The notes under the pieces: model-generated
Told to the model about the DNA's origin: nothing
What the model saw: only the letters and a program-made list of their open reading frames with translations
Database searches by the model: none
Position numbers and translations under genes: made by a program
Assembly: GCA_963668675.2 (NCBI GenBank)
Contig: CAXXMB010000001.1
Location: forward strand, 1,216,001-1,280,000
Origin: an uncultured Desulfatitalea sp.
GTDB taxonomy: Bacteria; Desulfobacterota; Desulfobacteria; Desulfobacterales; Desulfosarcinaceae
DNA: 64,000 nt
Reading direction: 5' to 3'
Shown: positions 38,631-50,384 of the stretch, piece after piece
Position numbering within the stretch: position 1 is the first letter of the stretch
Layout of the letters: every line of letters begins with the position of its first letter

Positions 38631-39167
38631 CTATTTATCTAAATGATCGCGGATGGTCTTGATGAGGAGCTTTATTTCATCATCAGTAAGCTGGCCCTCT
38701 TTTTTAAAAATCAGCTTGCCCGATTTATCAAAAGCCAACACATCGCTATTTTCGTCGGCGATGCCCCACTCCTTGACCAACGCTTTGTCGTAATCACGGA
38801 CATAGATGGTACTGGTATAGATCTTCTGCTTTTTCTTTAGGCTTGAAGAGATGGCAAAATTGGGAAGCCAGGTTGCTGCCATGTTGATAATACCGTAGGA
38901 CTGGTACTTTTCCAGTGGAAAAGCTTCGGCCTTCAGGGCTTCGCTGGCCGGATTGTTCAAGTCCTTTTCGTCCGGATCCACATAGAAAAGGATGGAAACT
39001 TTACCGGTGAGTTCAGAGCTGCTCCAAGGCGTTCCATCCAGCCGTCCGCCAGCGTCGTCCTTGAGGGTGACGGTCTTCGGAATCTCACCGATTTTCAAAT
39101 TCGCCAAAGCGTTTTGTGCAAAAAGACAGAGCGACACCAGAACCAATATGCTTAGCACTCTTCTCAT
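38631..39167 (-). CDS. YtfJ-family exported protein
   Basis: Signal peptide, PWSSSEL.GKV, IIN...W, D..G...FKKEG.LT..EI. Confidence 0.75.
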   Translation of the reverse strand: MRRVLSILVLVSLCLFAQNALANLKIGEIPKTVTLKDDAGGRLDGTPWSSSELTGKVSILFYVDPDEKDLNNPASEALKAEAFPLEKYQSYGIINMAATWLPNFAISSSLKKKQKIYTSTIYVRDYDKALVKEWGIADENSDVLAFDKSGKLIFKKEGQLTDDEIKLLIKTIRDHLDK

Positions 39168-39311
39168 CCGTTCCTCCTCGCTATATGTTGTTTGATCCGA
39201 ACGTTGCCAGACACATCAGGGATATTCTCATCTGATTAGACGGTGGCCCTTGATATCATTCCAAAGCATAGTACCGGCCGTATCGAGATGAGGAAAATCC
39301 CGGTCGCGACA

Positions 39312-40130
39312 TTAAATGGGCACCCCGGGCGCATTGAGCAGCGGTGCCAAAAGTACGGCCCCATCGATGACGATCTCGGTTCCGGTGGTGTAGTTGGAGG
39401 CATCGGAGGCGAAATAGATGGAGGCGCCAACGATATCGTCAGGTTCGCCGATACGCCCCATGGGTACGATTTTGCCCGCCTTGGCTTTGGCCTTGGCTGC
39501 CTCTTCGGGTGAAAAATCGATCCAATGGGAGTCCATCATCTTGGTGTGGATGGGGCCCGGAGCGATGGTATTGACCTGAATATTGAATTCAGCCAGTTCG
39601 GAAGCAAAAGCCTTGGTAATCATGCGTACGCCGGCTTTTGAAATCGAATAGATACTCACCGTCCGTTCCGGATGAAATCCGTCGATGGAGGCGATATTGA
39701 TAATTTTACCGCCGCCCTGCTCTTTCATCACCCTGGCTGCTGCCTGACTGATAAAGTAGAGTCCCTTCATGTTCAAATTCATGATGGTCTCCCAAAGCCG
39801 CTCCTCTGAATCGAGCACAGAGGCCATGGCGGGGCTCGCGCCGGCATTGTTGACCAAAATATCGATCCGTCCAAACGTCTTCATAACCGTATCGATCATT
39901 TCCCGGATGCCTTCCATCTTTCCCAAATGGGCCTGGATGGGCAGTGCCTCGCCTCCGAACGATTTGATCTGCTTGGCGGTATCTTCCAAATCTGCAATTT
40001 TTCGACTGGTGATCGCTACTTTCGCCCCGGCTTTGGCGTATCCCATAGCAATGGCCTGACCGATACCACGGCCACCACCGGTGACGACGGCGACCTTCCC
40101 TTCCAATGAGAACCTGGACAATTCGAACAT
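39312..40130 (-). CDS. Classical short-chain dehydrogenase/reductase
   Basis: TGGGRGIG, NNAG, YSISK, PMGRIG.P. Confidence 0.93.
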   Translation of the reverse strand: MFELSRFSLEGKVAVVTGGGRGIGQAIAMGYAKAGAKVAITSRKIADLEDTAKQIKSFGGEALPIQAHLGKMEGIREMIDTVMKTFGRIDILVNNAGASPAMASVLDSEERLWETIMNLNMKGLYFISQAAARVMKEQGGGKIINIASIDGFHPERTVSIYSISKAGVRMITKAFASELAEFNIQVNTIAPGPIHTKMMDSHWIDFSPEEAAKAKAKAGKIVPMGRIGEPDDIVGASIYFASDASNYTTGTEIVIDGAVLLAPLLNAPGVPI

Positions 40131-40166
40131 GGACTTTTCCTTCCTGTTGGATTGAAAGATAAGGAG

Positions 40167-40982
40167 TTAGGTGGTTAAATAATCCACTGCGTTTTTAAAC
40201 ATTTTCACACCCGGAGTGACACCGTGGGGGGCCTCGCACTCTCCGCGCTTGACCCGCTCTCTCAAACGGGTCCACTCAGGATGGTTGGTCCAATGATTGT
40301 AGGCCTCCGGATGCGGCATGAGGCCAAACACCCGTCCTGTAGGATCGCAAATGCCGGCAATATCATCCATGGAGCCGTTGGGGTTGAAAGGGAACTTACC
40401 CCCTGCGGGCTGACCGTCCTGGGTTGCATAGCGCAGAACGATCTGCTGGTTGGATTGCAATTGCCGGTAGGTCTCGGCATCCGTGAAGAACTTCCCCTCT
40501 CCGTGTCGGATGGGCAGTTCAAGCTGATCGATCCCTTTGGTGAAGATGCATGCAGAACTCTTCTCTGTAGCCAGATAGACCCAGTCATCCCGGAAGTTAC
40601 CGCAATCGTTGTAGGTCAAAGCGACCGAACGTTGAGTGTAATTTCCATCCAGCCCTGGCAGTAATCCCAGGTTGACCAGACATTGGAACCCGTTGCAGAT
40701 TCCTATGACCAGGTTTCCCTGATCGATGAAGCGCAGCAACCGGTCGCCGATGTTGTTTTTAAGGCGGACCGCCTGAATGACCCCGGCGCCATGATCGTCA
40801 CCCCAGCTGAACCCGCCGATAAACGCCATGATTTGGAATGGATCTAGGCTCACCGATCCGTCGATGAGTGAGTTGATGTGCACACGCTGGGCCTGGGCGC
40901 CCGCCTGCTCGAAAGCGTAAGCGGTTTCCATATCGCAGTTCAGGCCATATCCGGTCAGTACGAGGGCTTTGGGTTGGGTCAT
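40167..40982 (-). CDS. purQ: FGAM synthase glutaminase subunit
   Basis: G.NCD.E, GGFSWGD, GICNGFQ, HGEG, NPNGS, MPHPE. Confidence 0.95.
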   Translation of the reverse strand: MTQPKALVLTGYGLNCDMETAYAFEQAGAQAQRVHINSLIDGSVSLDPFQIMAFIGGFSWGDDHGAGVIQAVRLKNNIGDRLLRFIDQGNLVIGICNGFQCLVNLGLLPGLDGNYTQRSVALTYNDCGNFRDDWVYLATEKSSACIFTKGIDQLELPIRHGEGKFFTDAETYRQLQSNQQIVLRYATQDGQPAGGKFPFNPNGSMDDIAGICDPTGRVFGLMPHPEAYNHWTNHPEWTRLRERVKRGECEAPHGVTPGVKMFKNAVDYLTT

Positions 40983-43972
40983 ATGAGATCACCAAATGTG
41001 CTTTGCCAGGCCGCTTTGAGCTCCGGCACGGTTAATTCAATTATGGGGTTTGCATCCATCTGAATCTTGAGCAGGGGCGCTTCGGTCACCCGGCCGACAC
41101 ATCCAATGGGGACGCCTTGAAAAATCTCTTCAGCGGCGTGACGATCCCTCGGCGCGACGGTAACGATAAACCGTCCCGCAGATTCCGAATAGAGGCGCCG
41201 ATCACTTCTCAAATCTTGTTCCGCAGGCACCTTTGAGAGATCCACCTCCATGCCCAACCCACCGGCCATGGCGGTCATGGCCAAATGGACACCCAATCCG
41301 CCTCTGTAGACACCATGCACCGAGGCGGTTAGATCTGACAGAATGGCCTGATGCACCTTTCGGTAACACTTCATATTCGCTTTACTATCCACCTTGGGGA
41401 CATTGCATCCGACGGTGTGAAACATGTCGTAGTACTCAGACGCACCAAGTTCATCTCGGGTTAGGCCAATCACATAAATCAGGTCCCCGGGAATCTTCGG
41501 ATCAAGGGTCGCACACGAGGCGATATCGGCGATAACGCTGGTGGCTGAAAACTGCAGGCTCTCCAGCGCCGATACCTTTCGGGTTTCACCATAGCGCCCG
41601 GTCAGGTGTCCATCGACATACATGCTGTCTTTGCCGGAAAGCAGCGGGATTTCATATGCCAGGCATATATCCCGCAAGGCACTGCACGACCGGACCAGTT
41701 GGGCGGCTTTAAAGCGACCGTCAGGATTCTTCTCCGGATCGTATTGAATCGTTGGCCAGCAGAAATTGTCCACCCCGCCGATATGGTCCGGATCACCGCC
41801 CACAGCGATCAATCGCCTGACGGCCTCGTCAATGGTGCAGGCGCTCATGTGGTAAGCGTCGATTCGCGAGTAGAACGGAAGCAGGGCCTGTGAAAATGCC
41901 AGCCCGCGATCCGAATCGAGAACGGGGCGCAATACGGCGGCATCCCCGGTCACATCGCGTCCGCTGCCCAACAGGGGTTTGATGACGCTGGTGCCCTGAA
42001 CCTCATGATCGTATTGGCGGCTGATCCAGGCTTTGGAGCAGATGTTGGGCCTGGCCAGCATGTCCAGCAGGAGTCGATTGTGGTCACTCGGTTCACCGAT
42101 GACCGGTTCAAAAAGGCCTCGGTCTTTGGGCGGGATCCATTCAGCGTCGAACTGCCACTGAGGGAACCCGGCCGTGAGAAGATCGAGATCCACGTAAGCA
42201 CACGGTTTGCCTTCGTATGTGATGTGAAGCTTGCCCGTATCCGTGTATCGGCCAATCACCGTGCTTTCGACAGCATGTTTGGCTGAGAGCTCGAAAAAGC
42301 GCTTTTCGTTCTCCGGTGCGATGGCCACGGTCATGCGTTCCTGGGATTCCGAAATCCATATCTCCCATTGATCCAGCCCGTCGTATTTGAGCGGAACCTT
42401 CTCAAGCTCGATTTCGCACCCATTGGAACAGAGCGCGCTTTCACCGATTGAACTGGACAGACCACCGCCGCCATTATCGGTAATAAAACGAATTAAGCCT
42501 TCATCGCGCGCCTCGAGCAGAAAGTCGTGCATCTTTTTCTGCGTATACGGATCGCCGATTTGAACATGTCCAGCGGGTGTGTGTTCGGAAAACGTCTCCG
42601 AAGAAGCCGTAACCCCGTGGATGCCGTCTTTACCCACCCGACCGCCGCACATGATGGCCAGGTCGCCGGGCAGGATCGTCTTCTCTTCCGATGGTGCGCC
42701 ATGGACCTGGGCCGGCATGAGGCCCAGGGCAGTGACATAGACCAGGCATTTGCCCATGTAGCCGTGATCGAAGAGAACCTGTCCGCATGGTGTGGGGATG
42801 CCGCTCTTGTTTCCTCCGTCACGCACACCTTCTATAATACCGTCCAGGAGCCTGCGTGGGTGCAGATGGGGCGCCAGATCTCCGTCATAATCCCTGGGCC
42901 CGACACAAAACCCATAGCTGCCCATGATCAGTCGTGAGCCGAGTCCGGTGCCCATCGGGTCCCGGTAGATACCGACAATTCCGGTTATGGCGCCACCGTA
43001 AGCCTCCATGTTGGAGGGGGAGTTGTGAGTCTCGCCGGTGATTGTGTAGTAGGTCTCTTCATCGAAGCGGCCCACCCCGGCATTATCCCACAACACCGAG
43101 GCGACCCACGACTTCTTCTCCTTCAGGGCGAGGGTCGGTGCTTCGATACAGGTTTTAAACAGACTGTTGATGGTCTCGGTTTCATCCTTGGCCACATCGG
43201 TGTAGTGGAAAAGTCCTCGGAAAGTGTTATGGTTGCAATGATCGCTGCGTGCCTGGGAGATATACTCCAGCTCAACATCCGTCGGCTCGTCCAGTCCGAC
43301 CGCGGCTCTCTGGGCCCTCACCGACTCGTCCAGAAAATAGTTTCGGATGATGGGAATGTCATTGGGGTTGAGGGCCAGGTTGCGCTCCACACTTAGGCGC
43401 TGAAGGGTTTCGTCGCTGTCAATGGAGAGCGCTGAGACTGTGGGCGTGTGGTCTAGGCGCACTTTGGGGATAATGAAACCCACGCCTTGGTCCGGGTCCC
43501 ATTCGTCGGCGCTGTATATCTTCCACTGCTGGATGATGTCGTTTGCCAGGAGTTGGGAGGCTATCTTCCTCACATCCTCCCGAGACAATTCCGAACCCTT
43601 GAGGCAGAAACGCTTTGAGGTGTAGACCGATTCATCCGGTCCAAATTTTATTCCCAGAAGATCTTCCATGGCCTCTACCGCCGTGGCACCAGCGTTATCG
43701 CGAACGCCTGGACGAAACCCGATCCAGACGATCCAGTCGGCATCGATGGTCACGGGGCGCAGAGACGAAATCTGGGTGACCGGATTGGTGAACACCTCGT
43801 TGCGAACCAGGTTGCACTGATCTTCGGTCAGCGCCGCATCAATAGTGACGATGTGAATCGTGCGGACGCTTTCAACTTCAAGGCCAAAGTAGTCGCGCGC
43901 TTTACGCAACAGCCCCTCTCCTTCGGCATCCAGCATCTTTGGCTTCAAGGTTATTTCGATACGGTTCGGCAT
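40979..43972 (-). CDS. purL: FGAM synthase synthetase subunit with N-terminal PurS-like extension
   Basis: SDHCNH, ETHNSPS, GKDGIHG, VQIGDP, DNGGGG, SESQERM, QYDHEV. Confidence 0.94.
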   Translation of the reverse strand: MPNRIEITLKPKMLDAEGEGLLRKARDYFGLEVESVRTIHIVTIDAALTEDQCNLVRNEVFTNPVTQISSLRPVTIDADWIVWIGFRPGVRDNAGATAVEAMEDLLGIKFGPDESVYTSKRFCLKGSELSREDVRKIASQLLANDIIQQWKIYSADEWDPDQGVGFIIPKVRLDHTPTVSALSIDSDETLQRLSVERNLALNPNDIPIIRNYFLDESVRAQRAAVGLDEPTDVELEYISQARSDHCNHNTFRGLFHYTDVAKDETETINSLFKTCIEAPTLALKEKKSWVASVLWDNAGVGRFDEETYYTITGETHNSPSNMEAYGGAITGIVGIYRDPMGTGLGSRLIMGSYGFCVGPRDYDGDLAPHLHPRRLLDGIIEGVRDGGNKSGIPTPCGQVLFDHGYMGKCLVYVTALGLMPAQVHGAPSEEKTILPGDLAIMCGGRVGKDGIHGVTASSETFSEHTPAGHVQIGDPYTQKKMHDFLLEARDEGLIRFITDNGGGGLSSSIGESALCSNGCEIELEKVPLKYDGLDQWEIWISESQERMTVAIAPENEKRFFELSAKHAVESTVIGRYTDTGKLHITYEGKPCAYVDLDLLTAGFPQWQFDAEWIPPKDRGLFEPVIGEPSDHNRLLLDMLARPNICSKAWISRQYDHEVQGTSVIKPLLGSGRDVTGDAAVLRPVLDSDRGLAFSQALLPFYSRIDAYHMSACTIDEAVRRLIAVGGDPDHIGGVDNFCWPTIQYDPEKNPDGRFKAAQLVRSCSALRDICLAYEIPLLSGKDSMYVDGHLTGRYGETRKVSALESLQFSATSVIADIASCATLDPKIPGDLIYVIGLTRDELGASEYYDMFHTVGCNVPKVDSKANMKCYRKVHQAILSDLTASVHGVYRGGLGVHLAMTAMAGGLGMEVDLSKVPAEQDLRSDRRLYSESAGRFIVTVAPRDRHAAEEIFQGVPIGCVGRVTEAPLLKIQMDANPIIELTVPELKAAWQSTFGDLI

Positions 43973-44060
43973 GATGGAAGTCCTATCTTTGTTCAGTGGC
44001 CGCCCGGCAAGGTCACCATGCGGTTCATGGGAGACGTGGCAAATGCTGACCGGGCAGGCA

Positions 44061-45422
44061 CTATCTGAACCAGGTAATCACAATGTCGTTGTAGAAGACA
44101 AATATCATCAACAGAAGCAGTAAAAACATTCCCACCTGTTGGGCGGTCTCGCGCATCCGCAAACTCACCGGTTTGCGCTGAACCGCCTCAATGGCGAAAA
44201 AGAGCAGGTGGCCGCCGTCGAGCACCGGAATGGGCAGCAGGTTGATCACCGCCAGATTGACACTGATGATAGCGATGAAATAGAGCCACGCCAGAAAGCC
44301 CTCCTCGGCTTGCTGATCGGCCAGCAGCGCAATCCGGATCGGCCCTCCGATCGCCTCCGTCGGTACCTTGCGCTCAACGAGCTTGACAAAAAAGTAACCG
44401 GTGGCCTTGACCACATTCCACGTCTGTTTGCCTCCCTTGGTTAGTGCGCCCAAAAGCCCGATGTCAAGGGTTATCTGGTCCTCCTCCGGGATGGTGATCC
44501 CGGCGCGCTGGATACCGATGCGGTAGACGCTCTCTTTGACGCCCATCGCATTCTTCTCCTGCACCTCCTCGGGTTTGATTTCGAATTCAAATGTTTCATT
44601 GCCCCGCAGGACTTTGAATAGGAGCGGTCGACCCTTGGAGGATGAGACGATCTCCTGCATGGTCTCCCACCGCTCTATGGGCTGACCATCTATGGCGGTG
44701 ATCAGATCACCCTCTTGCATGCCGGCCTTTTCGGCCGGCTTACCTTTAATCGTTTTGTCGACGACGGCACTGGGTTCGGTATATCCCTCTATGCCCAAGT
44801 CATAATAGGTGATGTCGTCGCCGTAGACATCCTTGGCACCGGTCTGCTTGGGTTTGATCCTGAAGGTGAGCGACTCGCCATTTCGCGTGACCTGTAACGT
44901 GAGTAATTCCCCCTGGCTCTTGTCCAGAATCTCATCGATGCCTCGCCAGGAGTCGACCTGAGCACCATCAATCGCCTCGATGAAATCACCCGTCTGCAAT
45001 CCTGCCTGGTAAGCCGAGCTCTCTTTGTCTATGCTCCGGATGACCGGACGGATGCTCGGCAAACCGGCGAAATAGATTCCAAAGGTAAAAATAAGTATGG
45101 CCAGCAATACATTGAACAGAGGTCCTGCGGCAACGATCAGGCTGCGCGGAAGGACAGCTTTGTGGTTGAAAGCGAAGGGGATGTCTTCGGGCGGCAGGGG
45201 GGAATCGGGCTCCTCTCCCACCATCTTGACATAACCGCCGAGCGGGAACAGAGAGACCCGGTAATCGGTGCGCCCGACCTTTTTACCAAAAAGCCTTGGA
45301 CCGAAACCGAGGGAGAACTTTTCCACCCCGACACCGAAAAGTCTCGCGACGAGAAAGTGTCCCAGTTCATGGAAAAAAATGAGGATGCCCAAAACGACGA
45401 TGAAATTGAGGAAAGTACTCAT
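44061..45422 (-). CDS. rseP: RIP metalloprotease RseP (two PDZ domains)
   Basis: HELGH, GFGP, PLGGYVKM, NLLPIPVLDGG. Confidence 0.96.
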   Translation of the reverse strand: MSTFLNFIVVLGILIFFHELGHFLVARLFGVGVEKFSLGFGPRLFGKKVGRTDYRVSLFPLGGYVKMVGEEPDSPLPPEDIPFAFNHKAVLPRSLIVAAGPLFNVLLAILIFTFGIYFAGLPSIRPVIRSIDKESSAYQAGLQTGDFIEAIDGAQVDSWRGIDEILDKSQGELLTLQVTRNGESLTFRIKPKQTGAKDVYGDDITYYDLGIEGYTEPSAVVDKTIKGKPAEKAGMQEGDLITAIDGQPIERWETMQEIVSSSKGRPLLFKVLRGNETFEFEIKPEEVQEKNAMGVKESVYRIGIQRAGITIPEEDQITLDIGLLGALTKGGKQTWNVVKATGYFFVKLVERKVPTEAIGGPIRIALLADQQAEEGFLAWLYFIAIISVNLAVINLLPIPVLDGGHLLFFAIEAVQRKPVSLRMRETAQQVGMFLLLLLMIFVFYNDIVITWFR

Positions 45423-45582
45423 AAGATGCCGTCATCCTAGTGGGGTTGTATCGAATCGTTGAACGGCACGAAGGCGCTGTCTGGATGATGAACTTGCCGC
45501 CCTCGACCGTTTCGGCGAATGGTCGGACCGCCTTACGCTATTATGAATCGGCGAATCCGATAACTTATAGCAACGCATTGTA

Positions 45583-46749
45583 TTAGATTGTGGCCAACTC
45601 TTCAACCTTACTCTGCGACTTATGACGAGACCATTGGTCTGCAGCTAAAATGTCATCCAGACCGGGCGCTTGATCGACGGAATGTTCAGCCATCGTTTTC
45701 TCGATAATCACAGAAATGTCGTTGAAACGAATACGTCCTCCAAGAAATGCAGATACCGCAATCTCATTGGCGGCATTCATGACCGACGGAAGCGTACCGC
45801 CCTGCTTTAGGGCATCGAAGGCCAGCCTCAGGCACGGAAACTTGCTGAAGTTGGGGGATTCAAATGTAAGCGTATGAATGGCGACCAGATCGGGTAGCGG
45901 TTGTCTCAACTCGAGCCGGTGCGGATGCGAGAGGGCGTAGGCGATTGCACCCTGCATATCCGGAATCCCCAACTGAGCGATGATCGATCCATCACAGAAG
46001 GCGACCATGGAATGGACGATACTCTGGGGGTGCACCACCACTTCAATCTGTTCCGGGGAGAGGTCGAAAAGCCACTTGGCCTCGATCACCTCCAGTCCCT
46101 TGTTCATCAACGTCGCAGAATCGATCGTAATTTTGGCGCCCATTGACCAGTTGGGATGTTTGAGGGCCTGGGCCGGCTCTATCTCTATAAATTTTTCGGC
46201 CGGTGTCTCTCTAAAGGGGCCGCCCGACGCGGTCAAAATTATCTTTTCCACCTCCGGTCGCCGCTGCCCCTGAAGGCACTGAAAGATCGCGCTGTGCTCG
46301 CTATCGACAGGAAGCAGTCTCACGCCCTTCTCGGAGACCGCTTTCATCACAACGGCACCAGCCATGACCAGCGTCTCCTTGTTGGCCAGGGCAATATCCT
46401 TTCCAGCCTCAATGGCCGCAAGTGTGGGGACCAATCCGGCAGCACCGACCATGGCCCCAACCACCATGTCGACGCCATCCAAGGTTGCAGCCGCTTTGTA
46501 TCCATTTGAACCGCACAGGATTTCTGCCCTGCACCCCGACCCCAATCGCTTCTTCAGCCGGTCAGCCGTCTCCTCATCCCCCACCACAGCCAATTCCGGA
46601 TCGAACGCCTCGATCTGCTCCGCCAGCAGCGCTACATTGCCCTTGGCGGTCAATGCCCTGACGGCAAACTGATTACGAAATTGGTCGACAATTTTAAGGG
46701 TACTCTGACCGATGGAGCCTGTGGCACCAAGTATGGAGAGGGAGATCAT
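45583..46749 (-). CDS. dxr: 1-deoxy-D-xylulose 5-phosphate reductoisomerase
   Basis: LGATGSIG, LANKE, PVDSEH, HPNWSMG.KITIDSA. Confidence 0.97.
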   Translation of the reverse strand: MISLSILGATGSIGQSTLKIVDQFRNQFAVRALTAKGNVALLAEQIEAFDPELAVVGDEETADRLKKRLGSGCRAEILCGSNGYKAAATLDGVDMVVGAMVGAAGLVPTLAAIEAGKDIALANKETLVMAGAVVMKAVSEKGVRLLPVDSEHSAIFQCLQGQRRPEVEKIILTASGGPFRETPAEKFIEIEPAQALKHPNWSMGAKITIDSATLMNKGLEVIEAKWLFDLSPEQIEVVVHPQSIVHSMVAFCDGSIIAQLGIPDMQGAIAYALSHPHRLELRQPLPDLVAIHTLTFESPNFSKFPCLRLAFDALKQGGTLPSVMNAANEIAVSAFLGGRIRFNDISVIIEKTMAEHSVDQAPGLDDILAADQWSRHKSQSKVEELATI

Positions 46750-47558
46750 GGCAGTAGAAAATCCTTGAGCAGGAAGGCGATGGGCGTGGCAAAAAGCAAT
46801 GCATCGATTCGATCCAGAAATCCGCCGTGCCCCGGTAGCAGACCGCCTGAATCCTTCACACCTGCCGCCCGCTTAAACTCTGATTCGAACAGATCCCCGG
46901 CTTGACCGACGACTCCGATAACGAGAGCGAAAAGGATGCCCATTGGCAAGGGTAAAAATGGCATGAAAATCGATTGGTAAAGGGTGCCAATGCAAACGTT
47001 GGCGGCCAATCCGCCGAGTGATCCTTCGATGGTCTTTTTGGGGCTGACCGCCGGACACAGTTTATGTTTTCCAAAATAGGTACCCACGTAAAACGCACCC
47101 GTGTCCCCGGCCGAAACGACCAGCAGCAGCCAAAATATCCAATGGATGCCATTTCCGCCATCGTATAGCGGCACCATGAATGAGAGCAACAGAGGGATAT
47201 ACAACAGGCCGAAAACCTGCTTGAGAACAACCGACGGCGCATCCTGGGACAATCTGAAGCGAAAGATGGAGAGAAAGGCAGCGCCGATGAGGTGCACGAT
47301 TAAAATGGCAAAACCGGCGCGCAAGGTTTGATAGTGAAAAGAGAGAACGATAGCGACGCCTGCAGTATAGCTCCAAAGCTGAAAAGGCAGCGGCAAAGAC
47401 GGCGACAGGCCGGAGAAGACGATCCGAAAATACTCCCACAGGGAGATGGTGCTTACGGCGATGATGGCCAGGGTAAAGAGGCTCGCCCCGCCTTTGAGGA
47501 TCAGAAAAAGGAGCAGCGGCAAAGCAACGAGTGCGGTTATCCATCGTTTCCAGTGCAT
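46746..47558 (-). CDS. cdsA: Phosphatidate cytidylyltransferase
   Basis: SPKKTIEG, GDLFESEFKR..GVKDSG..LPGHGG.LDRID. Confidence 0.96.
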   Translation of the reverse strand: MHWKRWITALVALPLLLFLILKGGASLFTLAIIAVSTISLWEYFRIVFSGLSPSLPLPFQLWSYTAGVAIVLSFHYQTLRAGFAILIVHLIGAAFLSIFRFRLSQDAPSVVLKQVFGLLYIPLLLSFMVPLYDGGNGIHWIFWLLLVVSAGDTGAFYVGTYFGKHKLCPAVSPKKTIEGSLGGLAANVCIGTLYQSIFMPFLPLPMGILFALVIGVVGQAGDLFESEFKRAAGVKDSGGLLPGHGGFLDRIDALLFATPIAFLLKDFLLP

Positions 47559-47622
47559 AGGTCACTCTCACCATTCCAATGGGATCGCTGATACCCCCTG
47601 CCGATGCGTGGGGCGTCCGTCA

Positions 47623-48366
47623 TTACTGCTTTACGTTTCCAAAACGCCTGTCGCGCTGCTGGTACTCTTTAAAAATGGTAATCAGCTCTTCCCGGGTAAA
47701 ATCAGGCCAGAGTGTTGGGGTGACGAACAGCTCACTGTATGCCAATTGCCAGAGCAGAAAATTGCTGATGCGCATCTCCCCACTGGTTCGAATCATGAGA
47801 TCCGGATCAGGCATATTTCGAGTATAGAGATGATCCGCCACAACCGATTCATCAATATCCTCAAGCGCCAATTCACCGGACACCGCTTTGGCACTGATCT
47901 CCTTTACCATCTCTGTGATTTCCGTCCTCCCGCCATAGCTGAGCGCCAGGTTGAGATTCATCCCCTCGCTATCGGCCGTAGCAGCGCAAACCCGTTCAAT
48001 GATGGCGCGAACGTCTTGCGGCAGCCGGTGCAATTGACCGATGGTGCTCAGGCGGATTTGATGCTTCAACAGCTCCGGCTCCTCCTCGGCAAGGAATCTT
48101 TTCAACAATCCCATCAGCGCTTTTACTTCGCCTGCCGGGCGATTCCAGTTTTCAGTGGAGAAGGCGTATAGGGTGAGGGCGGGGATTTTAAATTCGCGGC
48201 AAGTTTTAACGACGGTTCTGACGGTTTCAACGCCCTTTTCATGTCCCTTGACGCGGTTCATCAAGCGTTTTTTGGCCCATCGGCCATTTCCATCCATGAT
48301 AATGGCCACGTGCCTGGGCAATTGAGCGACATCCAATTTCTCAGCTTGAGAGGCGTTAGAACTCAA
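47623..48366 (-). CDS. uppS: Undecaprenyl diphosphate synthase
   Basis: [30 protein letters not shown]. Confidence 0.97.
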   Translation of the reverse strand: MSSNASQAEKLDVAQLPRHVAIIMDGNGRWAKKRLMNRVKGHEKGVETVRTVVKTCREFKIPALTLYAFSTENWNRPAGEVKALMGLLKRFLAEEEPELLKHQIRLSTIGQLHRLPQDVRAIIERVCAATADSEGMNLNLALSYGGRTEITEMVKEISAKAVSGELALEDIDESVVADHLYTRNMPDPDLMIRTSGEMRISNFLLWQLAYSELFVTPTLWPDFTREELITIFKEYQQRDRRFGNVKQ

Positions 48367-48913
48367 GAATCTCTTTCTCTTTGGCTTTGAATATCTCGTC
48401 TATCTGTTTGATGTAGTCATCGGTAATTTTCTGTATCTCATCCTGGGCTTTGAAGGCGTCATCTTCTGAAATGTCGCCGTCCTTTTTGAAGCCCTTGATC
48501 AGTTCGTTGGAGTCTCTGCGAATGTTTCGAACGCCGACCTTGTGTTCTTCACTGGTTTTATGAACGAGCTTAACCAGCTCCTTGCGACGCTCTTCGGTCA
48601 AAGGCGGAATGGCGATACGGATCAATTTGCCGTCATTGGATGGCGTGAGTCCGAGGTCGGATTTGAGGATGGCCTTTTCAATGTCCTTGATAACCGTCAC
48701 GTCCCACGGCTGGATGGTAATCAAGCGGCTTTCAGGAACCGCAACTGTGGCCATCTGGTTGATTGGCGTCGGGGTGCCGTAGTAGTCAACCCTGATGCCA
48801 TCCAGAAGGGATGCCGAGGCCCTGCCGGTGCGAATCCGCTTCAGCTCGAAGTTCAGGGCGGTGATGGTTTTAGCCATCCGGTCACGGGTTTCCTGATAGG
48901 TTTCTTCAATCAT
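48356..48913 (-). CDS. frr: Ribosome recycling factor
   Basis: [22 protein letters not shown]. Confidence 0.97.
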   Translation of the reverse strand: MIEETYQETRDRMAKTITALNFELKRIRTGRASASLLDGIRVDYYGTPTPINQMATVAVPESRLITIQPWDVTVIKDIEKAILKSDLGLTPSNDGKLIRIAIPPLTEERRKELVKLVHKTSEEHKVGVRNIRRDSNELIKGFKKDGDISEDDAFKAQDEIQKITDDYIKQIDEIFKAKEKEILEF

Positions 48914-49060
48914 ACTCACCTCTGTGGCGGTTTACACGGTTAACCGAAGTCCCCTGACATGGCCAGTTCCATATAAACGAAAGGTCGCTTCACCTGCTCC
49001 TTTTAACAGCTGGCAGATAGAGCTACGATCCTTTCTTATCACAACCCAGACAAGACAAGG

Positions 49061-49777
49061 TCAATTGCCGATCTGGGTACCCACACGATCGCCGCAGACG
49101 ACCTGATATATATTACCGGCCTTTTTAAGATCAAAAACGACCAAAGGCAGATCGTTGTCCATGGCAAGGGAGATGGCGGTCATGTCCATCACTCTGAGCT
49201 GCTTCTCGAGCACCTGCATGTATGAGATGGACGCTATAAAAGTCGCATTGGGATCAGTCGCCGGATCGGCATCGTAAAGCCCGTCGACCTTGGTTGCCTT
49301 CAAGAGCACCTGGGCGTGGATCTCCTGGGCGCGAAGTACAGCGGCTGTATCGGTAGTAAAATAAGGATTTCCCGTTCCCGCAGCAAAGATGACCACCCTG
49401 CCCTTTTCCAGATGGCGGAGAGCCCTTCTCAAAATATAGGGCTCGGCAACCTCGTGCATGGAAATTGCCGTCTGAATCCGGGTTTGTATGCCTCTTTTTT
49501 CAAGCGCATCCTGCAAGGCCAGACTGTTGATGACAGTGGCCAGCATGCCCATGTGGTCGGCTGATGTTCTCTCCATACCGAACGAAGTGGCCTTGACTCC
49601 CCTGAAGATATTGCCGCCCCCCACGACAATGGCCATTTGCACACCCTTGTCGTAGGGCTCTTTTATCTCTTCGGCAACATAGGAGAGCATCTCTGGTGCG
49701 ATGCCAAAGCTCTGATCTCCCATCAGTGCTTCACCACTCAATTTCAGCAGAACACGTTTGTATTGAGGTTGCTTCAA
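49061..49777 (-). CDS. pyrH: UMP kinase (TTG start just after tsf)
   Basis: [27 protein letters not shown]. Confidence 0.97.
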   Translation of the reverse strand: MKQPQYKRVLLKLSGEALMGDQSFGIAPEMLSYVAEEIKEPYDKGVQMAIVVGGGNIFRGVKATSFGMERTSADHMGMLATVINSLALQDALEKRGIQTRIQTAISMHEVAEPYILRRALRHLEKGRVVIFAAGTGNPYFTTDTAAVLRAQEIHAQVLLKATKVDGLYDADPATDPNATFIASISYMQVLEKQLRVMDMTAISLAMDNDLPLVVFDLKKAGNIYQVVCGDRVGTQIGN

Positions 49778-49778
49778 G

Positions 49779-50378
49779 CTATGCGGCCCCCACCTGAAAA
49801 CGGGCAAACCGTTTGATTTCAATCTTCTCGCCGGTTTTGGCGATCACTTCGTTAAGATAGTCGTTGATGGTTTTATCCGGATCTTTTACATAGGCCTGAT
49901 TGAGGAGGCAGCTCTCCTTGAAAAACTTGTTCAACTTGCCATCGACAATCTTGTCGATCATTTTGTCGGGTTTTCCCATCTCCACGGCTTGTGCGCGATA
50001 AATCTCCTTCTCCCGGTTGACGACCTCTGCGGATACGTCTTCAGCAACAATACCGACCGGATTGGTCGCCGCGATGTGCATGGCCAGGTTCTTCGCAAAC
50101 TCGACGAAATCGTCAGTCTTTGCGACAAAGTCGGTTTCACAATCGACCTCGACCATCACGCCGATCTTTCCGCCCATGTGAATGTAAGACTGGATGGTGC
50201 CTTCACTGGTCGCTCGCCCCGCGCGTTTTGCTGCTGTCGCCAGCCCCTTTTTACGCAAAAAGTCCACAGCCTTTTCCATATCGCCATCACAGGAGGTCAG
50301 CGCCTCCTTACAATCCATAATGCCCGCTCCGGTTTTCTCCCTGAGCGTCTTGACCATTGCTGCACTTATATCTGCCAT
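49779..50378 (-). CDS. tsf: Elongation factor Ts (short form)
   Basis: [20 protein letters not shown]. Confidence 0.97.
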   Translation of the reverse strand: MADISAAMVKTLREKTGAGIMDCKEALTSCDGDMEKAVDFLRKKGLATAAKRAGRATSEGTIQSYIHMGGKIGVMVEVDCETDFVAKTDDFVEFAKNLAMHIAATNPVGIVAEDVSAEVVNREKEIYRAQAVEMGKPDKMIDKIVDGKLNKFFKESCLLNQAYVKDPDKTINDYLNEVIAKTGEKIEIKRFARFQVGAA

Positions 50379-50384
50379 TTTGTT